Positions 8,598 to 17,146 of a stretch of DNA of 48,664 nucleotides are shown here, piece by piece. The stretch covers positions 1 through 48,664 of the IMG/VR virus record IMGVR_UViG_3300033407_000891, one strand, 5' to 3'. The stretch is from a virus (taxonomy: Duplodnaviria; Caudoviricetes). The first letter of the stretch is position 1; each line of letters begins with the position of its first letter. The notes beneath the pieces were generated by a model, which saw only the letters and a program-made list of their open reading frames with translations, ran no database searches and was not told the DNA's origin. The translations under genes were made by a program, and so were the position numbers.

Positions 8598-10395
8598 TTT
8601 TCCTCCTCCTTAAACTTTCTTCTAGTTGATATTCAAATAATAATTCCTGTGTCCCCCACTGTTCACTCTTAAACACTTCTTCTAATAAATCGCCTCCTCT
8701 AACTGGGGGGTCTAACCATAACCTTTTTCTATCTTTTCCAATACTTACCATTAAATCTGGTGTTGCTGTCTCTTCTACTGCCCTACTAAAATCTCCCAAT
8801 CCAAAAGCCTCACAAATTTGTAATCTTCTAGGATTCATTTCTATTCCATAAACTCTATCTCTAGGTTTATTTTTTATTCTTTCTACTATTGGGATGTGAT
8901 GATGGGGAAGATTGCTCATTAAGGAACCTGCTATAGTTATGTCTTTATATTCATTCCATTTTAATTGTCCAATACTGTAGGTGCTTTCTTTTTTATTTAT
9001 TGGAAGGGTGGTTGTAAATCCATCCACAGTTATTGTTACTACTTCATTTTTAGATTTTAGTAGTAATTCAGCGATTCGTATTTTTATATTAGTCATTACT
9101 ATACAGGCATAAATTGGATTGAAGGTGGGGGATATTTCCCAAAAAGTCTGCTTTTCTTCCTCTGTATCCTCTACTATTTTTTCTATTCTCTGCAAAAACT
9201 TTCCTACAACTCTTGCTGATGCTTTCTTTAAAAGATAATTAGTTAGAGCACTTATCCTTTTTATGTCTTCGTCTTCTGATTCTTGTTCTAATTCTATTGC
9301 TTTAGCTCTAAGTTTAGCTATTGCTGCTACTGTTCTTCCAAAAGGTTTTATCTTTCTTTTTACAAAAAATTCCCAACCACCGATAACTTCTACTTCTCCT
9401 ATTTTTCTCCTTTTTATAAATTCTACTTCTTGTTTAGTTATATATCCTATCCACTCCCCGTGAGGAGCTAAAAGTTTTTCTTTGTATCTTATAAGTATTG
9501 GTGAAGGAGTATACTTTTTTAATTTTATTTGGGCTATATAGAAACCGTAGGTTGCATTAAAATTGTGTTGTGTAGTCTGTATCCACTCTCCACAACTATT
9601 ATCTATATGATAAAGATTTGCAATTTCACTAGGATATGCTGCATTAATATCATAATCATATAATTTCTCAAAAGTTCCCTGTTGATACATTTCAATCCAA
9701 GGAGCATGAATACAATTATACGCTATAGAATAAACATCCTGAGGAATTGTATTTGCTCCAACTTTTACTCGCTTATAATCCTGATATAAAAATTGTTTAG
9801 TCAAAACTGTTGGAGTAGAAAAATCTCCGTTTTGATAAGGATAGAGTTCTCTAGTCGCTTTATTTATTTTTTCTGCCAATTCTTTATATGCTTCTGCTCC
9901 CTCTTTTTCTATTTGTAATTCATTTAATATTTTTCGGTCTTCTCGTTTGTCAAACCAATTTCCCAATGCAAAAATTCTTATAGTCTTCTTATTAAAAGTA
10001 ATAGTTATTTTAACTGTAGGTATATACCAAATTCTGAAAATATATTCATTTAGTCTTCCAAAATCTGTTAAATCCTTACACTTTTCTTCCCCTAACATTT
10101 TTACGATAGATTCTAAGACATAAGGATAATAAGTAACAAAACTTGCGTTTTTGTTTTGTATATTCTCCTCTAGGAAATATATTACTTCTTTTAGGGATTC
10201 GGGACGATATAGAATTTTTCCAGTAGAAAGATATAATGAAATCAAAGAGCCATCAGGTAAAACTCCTGCATCTAGCCCTATAATTTCTTCTGTCTTGATT
10301 CCTGTTGCTACTAAAATATTGTCAACATCTTCAAGAGGAAGCTCCTCTATTGGAGGATTGTTAGGGGGTTCATCTACTAGGATTTGTTTTTCCAT
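8584..10395 (-). CDS. Divergent family B DNA polymerase, protein-primed type; exonuclease motifs degenerate
   Basis: Motif A YDINAAYP; degenerate motif B KKASARVVGKFLQ; P..A..(V/I)...K/R segment FNPIYACIVMTNIK; motif C ITVDG; IGQLKWNE; no DxE at the expected ExoI position. Confidence 0.78.
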   Translation of the reverse strand: MEKQILVDEPPNNPPIEELPLEDVDNILVATGIKTEEIIGLDAGVLPDGSLISLYLSTGKILYRPESLKEVIYFLEENIQNKNASFVTYYPYVLESIVKMLGEEKCKDLTDFGRLNEYIFRIWYIPTVKITITFNKKTIRIFALGNWFDKREDRKILNELQIEKEGAEAYKELAEKINKATRELYPYQNGDFSTPTVLTKQFLYQDYKRVKVGANTIPQDVYSIAYNCIHAPWIEMYQQGTFEKLYDYDINAAYPSEIANLYHIDNSCGEWIQTTQHNFNATYGFYIAQIKLKKYTPSPILIRYKEKLLAPHGEWIGYITKQEVEFIKRRKIGEVEVIGGWEFFVKRKIKPFGRTVAAIAKLRAKAIELEQESEDEDIKRISALTNYLLKKASARVVGKFLQRIEKIVEDTEEEKQTFWEISPTFNPIYACIVMTNIKIRIAELLLKSKNEVVTITVDGFTTTLPINKKESTYSIGQLKWNEYKDITIAGSLMSNLPHHHIPIVERIKNKPRDRVYGIEMNPRRLQICEAFGLGDFSRAVEETATPDLMVSIGKDRKRLWLDPPVRGGDLLEEVFKSEQWGTQELLFEYQLEESLRRRKNVIN

Positions 10396-10402
10396 ATTAT
10401 TT

Positions 10403-10585
10403 TTACTTTTCTCTCCCCCAAATGCGATAAAAGGTAGTAGTGTATATACCTCTAATTTCTGTTATTCTGGAAAATCCTATTCTCCCCTTTAAACTTTTAG
10501 CATAATCCCTTGCTTGTTTCTTATTTGTGTATTCTCCGAATAGAATATATTTCTTTCCGTTGAATAATTTGGTTTGTAGGAGCAT
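10403..10585 (-). CDS. Small basic paralog, family A (recent duplicate of 11107-11319)
   Basis: Nearly identical protein LQTKLFNGKKYILFGEYTNKKQA...WGREK. Confidence 0.82.
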   Translation of the reverse strand: MLLQTKLFNGKKYILFGEYTNKKQARDYAKSLKGRIGFSRITEIRGIYTTTFYRIWGREK

Positions 10586-10595
10586 TTTATTTTTC

Positions 10596-10826
10596 CTAAT
10601 TCCAAAATTCTTTTATTGGTATAGAGTTATATACTTCTTTTTTTTCTTTCCTCTCTAAATTTCCTATTCCCACAAATCCAATGCCAGGGATATGACTTCT
10701 TTTTTCTTTTCTTTTAGGGGGTCTATGTTGCGTATATATTTTTGTTCCTGGAAGGTGTCTTACACCACACTTTCTACACATATAACCTTTTTTATTTTCT
10801 TTTCTAGGCGTTACGCTTTTCTTCAT
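10596..10826 (-). CDS. Small C2H2-like Zn-finger protein, family B
   Basis: YMCRKCGVRH-x9-H. Confidence 0.72.
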   Translation of the reverse strand: MKKSVTPRKENKKGYMCRKCGVRHLPGTKIYTQHRPPKRKEKRSHIPGIGFVGIGNLERKEKKEVYNSIPIKEFWN

Positions 10827-10884
10827 AAAATATACCTTGCTTTTGCCATTTTACTTCTCCCTTATTGGAGGATTATTCGGAGGC

Positions 10885-11107
10885 TCATCGACTAGAATTT
10901 GTTTTTCCATCTAATCTTTTCCAACTTCCATCTCTTGTGCTTATCCATCTATCTTTAATATCTTTAATTAATGTTATTGTTATCCTTTGAGGAAAGGAGC
11001 GATATATAGTAATTCTTTTAATATACTCAGAGGGGAAAGCTTTAGGTTTAGAGTCCCTGTAATATTTTTGTATTTGGGGGGGGGGGAAGTTCAGAAAATC
11101 TAGACAT
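10885..11107 (-). pseudogene. ORF interrupted by a C11 homopolymer frameshift
   Basis: ATG overlaps the upstream stop (TAATG). With 11 C it stops after 19 codons; with 10 C it reads ~73 aa to TGA at 10885. Confidence 0.5.
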
Positions 11108-11319
11108 TATTTTTCTCTCCCCCAAACTAGATAAAAAGTAGTATTATATCTACTTCTTACATTTCCCCAAAGATAAGGTCTATCTCTAATTTCTGTTATT
11201 CTGGCAAAGCCCATTCTACTCTTTAAACTTCTAGCATAATCTTGTGCTTGTTTTTTATTTGTATATTCTCCAAATAGAATATATTTTTTTCCGTTGAATA
11301 GTTTAGTTTGTAGGGGCAT
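11107..11319 (-). CDS. Small basic paralog, family A
   Basis: Duplicate of 10403-10585 with a ~10-aa insertion. Confidence 0.82.
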   Translation of the reverse strand: MPLQTKLFNGKKYILFGEYTNKKQAQDYARSLKSRMGFARITEIRDRPYLWGNVRSRYNTTFYLVWGREK

Positions 11320-11690
11320 TACGCTGCACTCCTTATCCCAAAATACTCAGCGTACCATTGAATAATCTGTTCATCCATAGGTCTACTTAAGTAACGTTCC
11401 CATAATTCATTGTATATTCCACTTCCTTCTTCTGTACTGCTCCCCGTTATTCCTCTTCTTCTTAAATTTGCAATTAATCTTCTTCTGTTCCTTGTCATTC
11501 CATTAATAAATGTTCTATTTCTACTTACAGCAATATTAAATCTTGCTAACTCATCTGCTTCCTCTGGAAGAAATCCATTTCTTGTCCAGAAATTATATCT
11601 TGCATCATAATATCTAAGTATCTTTCTTCGTTGTCTTTGTACTCTTGAAAGGTCTATCCTTATTCTTCTTCCACGAGGGCCTTGAGTCAT
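11319..11690 (-). CDS. Arg-rich basic protein
   Basis: AGGA RBS; very Arg-rich; stop overlaps next start. Confidence 0.78.
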   Translation of the reverse strand: MTQGPRGRRIRIDLSRVQRQRRKILRYYDARYNFWTRNGFLPEEADELARFNIAVSRNRTFINGMTRNRRRLIANLRRRGITGSSTEEGSGIYNELWERYLSRPMDEQIIQWYAEYFGIRSAA

Positions 11691-11691
11691 T

Positions 11692-12141
11692 TTATATTTC
11701 CTTTAGGAGTAGCTGTCTAATTTTTGGATAAGCCCTTCTCTCTACTTCATTAACAACATCAAAAAATTCACTCAAATTAATTTCAAACTCATCAAAAGCA
11801 TTATCTCCAATCTCAATATATCTTTCTACAATTTCATCTAATCTCTCGTTTGGCTTTTTTCTGTACTCTCTTTCTATCTCTGCAACTAATAATTTTAACC
11901 CAAAGGCTTCTTGATTTACTATCTCTTTGGGGAGTTCTATTTGGGGCCGCAATCTCTCTAACTCTTCTGCTAACCCTCTTGTAAATTTTCCTCCGTTGTG
12001 CCACTTTTCTAATTCAGTTTTTAATGTCCTTAAATCCTTTTTTCCCCAACTAATTATTTTAGGATTATTCCTAATAAATCTTTTTATCCATGTCCTGTAG
12101 CTATCGTAGGACATCCCTTCTATTTTACGATAAATAGGCAA
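11692..12141 (-). CDS. Hypothetical helical protein
   Basis: 149-aa ORF, TTG start with GAGG RBS. Confidence 0.75.
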   Translation of the reverse strand: MPIYRKIEGMSYDSYRTWIKRFIRNNPKIISWGKKDLRTLKTELEKWHNGGKFTRGLAEELERLRPQIELPKEIVNQEAFGLKLLVAEIEREYRKKPNERLDEIVERYIEIGDNAFDEFEINLSEFFDVVNEVERRAYPKIRQLLLKEI

Positions 12142-12144
12142 AAT

Positions 12145-12297
12145 TTACCTCACATAAACTCCATAAAATTTCTTTTTTCCGGCTTTTCCAGTAATTACCC
12201 TTACTTCTTTTCTCTTTCCTATATATCTAATTGCTAATTTCATAGCATCCCCTTTTCTTGTAAGGGGTTTTTGATGGACTCTATCGTAATTCATCAT
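12145..12297 (-). CDS. Small basic paralog, family A (50 aa); not in ORF track
   Basis: ...TRKGDAMKLAIRYIGKRKEVRVI...FYGVYVR; first gene after promoter 12327-12355. Confidence 0.7.
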   Translation of the reverse strand: MMNYDRVHQKPLTRKGDAMKLAIRYIGKRKEVRVITGKAGKKKFYGVYVR

Positions 12298-12326
12298 TTC
12301 TATATCCTTTTCCTATCCTTACGGAT

Positions 12327-12355
12327 AGTATACTCTATCTGACTCCCCTTGTCAA
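12327..12355 (-). promoter_or_regulatory. sigma70-type promoter driving the PolB/basic-protein array
   Basis: TTGACA-17bp-TATACT. Confidence 0.85.
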
Positions 12356-12375
12356 GTCCTTCTGTCTATACCCTT

Positions 12376-12561
12376 TTATGTAACTGTTACCTCTATCCTC
12401 CCTTTTCTAACCTTCTCAACAAAATCCTTCTCTAACTCTTTCACTAATTTTCGTCCCATCTTTTCACTTATAGGACACCCCTCTAAATTAATCCTATCTC
12501 CCAAACTCTCCTTAATTAATCTTTCCCTATTTTCTAAAAACCATCTAATAACTTTACTCAT
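12376..12561 (-). CDS. Hypothetical protein
   Basis: Overlaps upstream gene end; typical composition. Confidence 0.65.
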   Translation of the reverse strand: MSKVIRWFLENRERLIKESLGDRINLEGCPISEKMGRKLVKELEKDFVEKVRKGRIEVTVT

Positions 12562-13066
12562 TTTTTACTTTAACCCAACCTTCCTTTACTCCTTCAAGAA
12601 TATTTCTTGTTCTTTCATTAGTCATAATTTCGAAAATGTGGTTTACTCTTCGTGCTGTTAACCCTCTAGTTTCTAATCCCCAATCCTCTTCTTCTATAAA
12701 TAAAATTGCTCCATCTCGCTGATATTGTTCTATTAATTTATTATAATTTTTACTTACATAATCTCTAGCTATTCTTGTTCCTTCTACAGGTCTTACCTGC
12801 AACAATAAACTTTCAAAAATATAATAACGATTCTCATTATCCAGGTCTTCTGGAATATCCCTCCAATTCCACAATCCTAATAATTTCCTAACTAACTCTG
12901 TCCCATCATCTCCTTCTAACAATTCATCCCCTAGTGCTTCCCATAAAATATTTTTTATTAGTTTTATCTCGTTTACTGTCCATATTTCTTTTAATTCTTC
13001 CCACTTTTTTATATATTCATTTGCTTTCTGATGTAGGTCGTTATCTTCGATTGAAAAATTTGGCAT
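12554..13066 (-). CDS. Hypothetical protein (170 aa)
   Basis: Long ORF in the minus-strand operon. Confidence 0.75.
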   Translation of the reverse strand: MPNFSIEDNDLHQKANEYIKKWEELKEIWTVNEIKLIKNILWEALGDELLEGDDGTELVRKLLGLWNWRDIPEDLDNENRYYIFESLLLQVRPVEGTRIARDYVSKNYNKLIEQYQRDGAILFIEEEDWGLETRGLTARRVNHIFEIMTNERTRNILEGVKEGWVKVKNE

Positions 13067-13140
13067 ATTTCTATTTCTATTTCTCCTTCTTATCTCTTCT
13101 TAAATCCCGTTTCTTCTTTATCTTCCTCTTCTATTCTCCC

Positions 13141-13371
13141 TTAAAATCCCATTCCTCCCTCTTCATCGTCCCTCCACTGTGCAATTTGTCTCGTATTTGG
13201 ATCTATAGGAGAATCATCTGCTAATGCGTTTCTTATTTCTTCCTCATTTGCTAAATTACCATCAGCAGTCTGTCCTGTAGGTTGCCCAAATCTATTTAAA
13301 ACAACAAAGTTTCCAAATCCACCATCTGCATATACATAATTAATTTTCTTTCCGTTAGCATACCAAGACAT
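13141..13371 (-). CDS. Hypothetical protein
   Basis: AAGGAG RBS, ATG. Confidence 0.7.
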   Translation of the reverse strand: MSWYANGKKINYVYADGGFGNFVVLNRFGQPTGQTADGNLANEEEIRNALADDSPIDPNTRQIAQWRDDEEGGMGF

Positions 13372-13474
13372 TTTAGTTTCTCCTTATTATTCTCGAATTT
13401 ATACTTTCCTGCTTTTTTCTTTATTTTTCTAAATTATTTCTAAACCATTTTACACCCTCCTTTATCATAAACTA

Positions 13475-15403
13475 TCAGAAAACTTGGCAAGACCACACAA
13501 CATCCAAATTTGACGCACCAGGGTCATTCTCGACATTAACGGTAAATTGAGTTGAAGTATATGTATCTATCCATAATGCCCCAGGACTATTTGTCGGGTC
13601 TTCGGCGGCTGTTACCATACAATTTCCTGCACTAGGAGTTACATCAAGCCCATGTGTGATGGCAATTGAAGTTGTACTATTTGCAATAGTGGCAGTACCA
13701 GAATTTTCGGTTGTGTGGTTAAGATTGTTGCGTCTTACGAGTCGCGTGATAGTCCCGTCACCCTCGGTTGTAACAGTCCCAGTTGTTGGAGTGTTGTCTA
13801 TCTGGTTATCTAGCACATATACATCCTCTAATATCCCATCGGCATGAAGCCTTATCCCAACATGTGTTGTACCACTTCCTGTCAACTTACGAATAATATT
13901 TTGAGCTATGGTAGTATGTTTAACTGTGCTGTTTTCATCGGCCCATAAGTATATTCCTACTGTACTATCCCCCGCGCCCCCAATTCCATCAATAATATTA
14001 CCCGTAACAAGAATATTTCCTTCATCGTTATCCGAGTTCATGCGGAGTTCAATAGCTGCTGACTTGAGATTAGAGGTTAGAGCGCCAGTATCAAAAATGA
14101 TGTTATTGCTAATAACAATGCGCCTACCCGCCACAACAATACCGTCTGTTGCACCTTCAATCCAGTTTCCATTTATAATAACTTCCCCTCTAGGGTCTCC
14201 TTCCAAACCACGCCTGACTTCTATTCCAGTTAAACTCATTCCAGATGTGACAACTTCAGAAAATCTTATTATATTATCAGAGATGTTGTTTGCATACGCC
14301 CAAGGCGTACTAGGGTCGCTATCATCACGAGAAGGCCCTACGACAATTATTGCCCCTGTATTCCCCCCAGCATCCATAAGAGTATTACTAGTGATAATTG
14401 AAAACCTTGCTTTTATATATATACCATGCGCCTCAGTTCCTTGTTCAGACCCTACTCTTTCAACGGTATTTCCCGAAATTAGCATATGGTCTCCATATGC
14501 AAGTATCCCAAAAGTAGGTGTAGTGTTCTCGGAGATTACATTCTTAATACTATTATTAGTGATATGGTAGTGACGCCGAACAGGTACAGGGTCAGTGCTA
14601 AAATTATTATTGCCCAGGCGTACTGCTATATCGTGGACGTTCTCTATCAGGTTCTCACTGACAAATGCGTTTGCTATTTGTCTCCAAGCAATCTCTAATC
14701 CACGCTCAACTGTGTCTATTTCCGAATCAGTAAAGACCAAGTTCTGGAGGGTATCCGTCGTATTGGTGAGATTGTCGCGCTGGACTGCACGGTCTATATT
14801 TGCGAATCGGCATCGGCGAACGTACAGGCTGAAATCCCCTGCAGGAGAAACAGCCGGACTCCCCACTAGTATTGCGTACCGAAGATTGGTGAATCCTATA
14901 TCTTCCAGGGTTAGCGTTCCGCTCTGAAGGTCAAACGGGTCGCCGCTGGGAAATTCAATAATTGTTTCCCTCATTCCCATACCGACTAACTTTACTCTCT
15001 CAGAGGGACTATTTAGAGTTATAGAATCCCCAAAAGTAAATGTTCCTCGGCTAAGGACTACTTTTCCCTTACTGTCAGAAAGCGAATCAATCCCCAAATT
15101 AATTTCTACATGATCATTAGTACCATCGGCAGTAAAAGTACATTTATCAATTTGTCCTGCTAATTCTAAAGTTTCAGTATAACTTTCAGAGCAAATAAAA
15201 ACAGTTGTTGAGCCGGACAGTGCTCCAGGAGCAGAAGCAAAAACTGTATATCCTGCTGCTCTTACAGTTTGTATAGCTGAATTTAAGTTAAGAGGGCCTA
15301 ATAATATTGGAATTATAGCTACAACTACTACTGCTAATATCAGCCAAATTATAATGGGTGGCAGTCCTAAAGGACTTAAAGAGCCAGGAGGTCTCTGATA
15401 CAT
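13475..15403 (-). CDS. Membrane-anchored right-handed beta-helix (pectin lyase-like) adhesin/spike
   Basis: N-terminal TM; GKVVLSRGTF and KLVGMG tailspike-like motifs; repeated I(S/T)xNxI beta-helix rungs; short beta C-terminal domain. Confidence 0.82.
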   Translation of the reverse strand: MYQRPPGSLSPLGLPPIIIWLILAVVVVAIIPILLGPLNLNSAIQTVRAAGYTVFASAPGALSGSTTVFICSESYTETLELAGQIDKCTFTADGTNDHVEINLGIDSLSDSKGKVVLSRGTFTFGDSITLNSPSERVKLVGMGMRETIIEFPSGDPFDLQSGTLTLEDIGFTNLRYAILVGSPAVSPAGDFSLYVRRCRFANIDRAVQRDNLTNTTDTLQNLVFTDSEIDTVERGLEIAWRQIANAFVSENLIENVHDIAVRLGNNNFSTDPVPVRRHYHITNNSIKNVISENTTPTFGILAYGDHMLISGNTVERVGSEQGTEAHGIYIKARFSIITSNTLMDAGGNTGAIIVVGPSRDDSDPSTPWAYANNISDNIIRFSEVVTSGMSLTGIEVRRGLEGDPRGEVIINGNWIEGATDGIVVAGRRIVISNNIIFDTGALTSNLKSAAIELRMNSDNDEGNILVTGNIIDGIGGAGDSTVGIYLWADENSTVKHTTIAQNIIRKLTGSGTTHVGIRLHADGILEDVYVLDNQIDNTPTTGTVTTEGDGTITRLVRRNNLNHTTENSGTATIANSTTSIAITHGLDVTPSAGNCMVTAAEDPTNSPGALWIDTYTSTQFTVNVENDPGASNLDVVWSCQVF

Positions 15404-15463
15404 TATCTTCCTCTCCTTCTAACCATAAAATTTTCACATCCTAAAAAACTCAATAAAAATAAA

Positions 15464-17146
15464 CTAATAATAAAGAACAGTAACAGTATTAGGTAATCTC
15501 TCTTCAAATTCTCTTAAATTCCCCCTCAATTCTACTCCCTTTTGCTGGTCGAATACATAAAAACTTACTACATTGTCCCCCAACTGAAAAATATGTTCCA
15601 CGCGCCATTCAGCTATTTTTATCCACCCATCTTCCACTACATTCCCATTTTTATCAATCTCTCCTTTTATTTCAGGCATACCTGGGTGCCACGGCACTTT
15701 TTCATTACTCAACCAAGCATCGTAAACTAAAATTAAATCTGTCCCTTCCTTTCTCAAAATCCGATCTATCTCCTCTATGTCCTGTCTTTTTTCCACCCAC
15801 ATTTTTCCTGTTTCTAAATGCCCTAATCCCCATATATCAACTAATTTACTTTTCCCTAGGTAACTTACCCACCCTATATCATTTAGACCTATAACATCCC
15901 CTTCATAAATTCCCTCTCCATTTACTTTTCCATTGTAATACTCTTCTACAAACTTCCCCATCTGATATTGTTGAATATATATTTGGTTTGAATATGTAGG
16001 AAGCATACCTATATTGGAAACCCTTAATAGAGAAATAATTAGTGAAAATATTACGAATCCTGAAACTACTCTTTGTTCTTTTATACTAATTTTCAACCAA
16101 TCCCAATTTATATTACTAATATTAATCCCTACTGCTATTAATCCTATTGGAACTAAATAAGCCTCATATCTATTTAACCAACCTACGTCAGCAAAAACTG
16201 AATGAAGATAGATAGTTACAAGAATAATAAAAGTGTAGCTTGTAGCAGTATAATCTCTTTTATAGAGAAAAATCGTTAAGAGATTAACAATTTTAAAGGG
16301 AATATACTCTAAATCTTTTTTACAATAAAAAAAGGAAATTCCTAATAAAATTACAAGAGCAAATAATCCAGGAGACTTAGGTAGTACCCAAAAAATTCCT
16401 ATTAACAAACTCCATAACCAATCTACTAAATTTTCAGGTAAATTTCCTTTGACCAAAATGCTATTTGGAGCAATCATCCATCCTTGAGATAAAGAGATTA
16501 TAGCATAAGAAATTATGGGAATAAGTCCTGCTGCTCCTATTATAACTCCCCAAATAAACTTTCTATTTATCCAGAATAATAAACCTAAACTCCCAATTAA
16601 AAATAAGGACTCATATCGAACAGAAACTAGGACTAAACTTAATAACCCAATCTTCCAATCAAATATTCCCTTTTTTAAGCTCTCAACTCCCCAATAAACA
16701 AATCCTAAAGTTAATAATGCATGTAATAAATGCTCCATTCCGATTAAAGTCATCGGTGGAAGTGGAGTAATAAATAATATTAATGTTAGGAGTAGGAGCC
16801 TGACCTGTAAGGGGATTTTATACCCCTCTAAAATCCTCCAACTAAACAAGAGAATAGCAAACCCAAACAAAATGTTCAGTACAAAAGGAATCCACTCTAC
16901 AACACCAAAAACCTTAAATAGTCCTGCTAATAAAATAGTCCATAATAAAGAGGAAGATGAACCAGAAAATTCAAATTGAGTTATCCCCCAAATTCCGTGT
17001 AAAGATAAATTCTTTGCTATAGCTAAATGAATGTAAGTGTCATCCAATGGAGATATAAAATGTCCATTGTTCATTTGGAAAGAAATACCAAAAAGGACAA
17101 TAAGTAAAATTAAATATAATCCTGAAGGGATATAAAGACTACGCAC
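15464..17146 (-). CDS. GT-C fold multi-TM glycosyltransferase (ArnT/PMT-like)
   Basis: DDTYIH...A.NL..G motif after TM1, GSSSLLW, GME, RYE, RY motifs, many TM helices, soluble C-terminal domain. Confidence 0.8.
   Translation of the reverse strand: MRSLYIPSGLYLILLIVLFGISFQMNNGHFISPLDDTYIHLAIAKNLSLHGIWGITQFEFSGSSSSLLWTILLAGLFKVFGVVEWIPFVLNILFGFAILLFSWRILEGYKIPLQVRLLLLTLILFITPLPPMTLIGMEHLLHALLTLGFVYWGVESLKKGIFDWKIGLLSLVLVSVRYESLFLIGSLGLLFWINRKFIWGVIIGAAGLIPIISYAIISLSQGWMIAPNSILVKGNLPENLVDWLWSLLIGIFWVLPKSPGLFALVILLGISFFYCKKDLEYIPFKIVNLLTIFLYKRDYTATSYTFIILVTIYLHSVFADVGWLNRYEAYLVPIGLIAVGINISNINWDWLKISIKEQRVVSGFVIFSLIISLLRVSNIGMLPTYSNQIYIQQYQMGKFVEEYYNGKVNGEGIYEGDVIGLNDIGWVSYLGKSKLVDIWGLGHLETGKMWVEKRQDIEEIDRILRKEGTDLILVYDAWLSNEKVPWHPGMPEIKGEIDKNGNVVEDGWIKIAEWRVEHIFQLGDNVVSFYVFDQQKGVELRGNLREFEERLPNTVTVLYY

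Noticed and set aside
4573-12297. Alternative genetic code as the cause of the many short ORFs
   Set aside because: Long genes are intact in code 11, and the short ORFs have their own starts, RBSs and paralogous full-length units
13656-14927. Long plus-strand ORFs (e.g. 13908-14570, 220 aa)
   Set aside because: Antisense to the beta-helix gene in a GC-richer segment where stops are rarer
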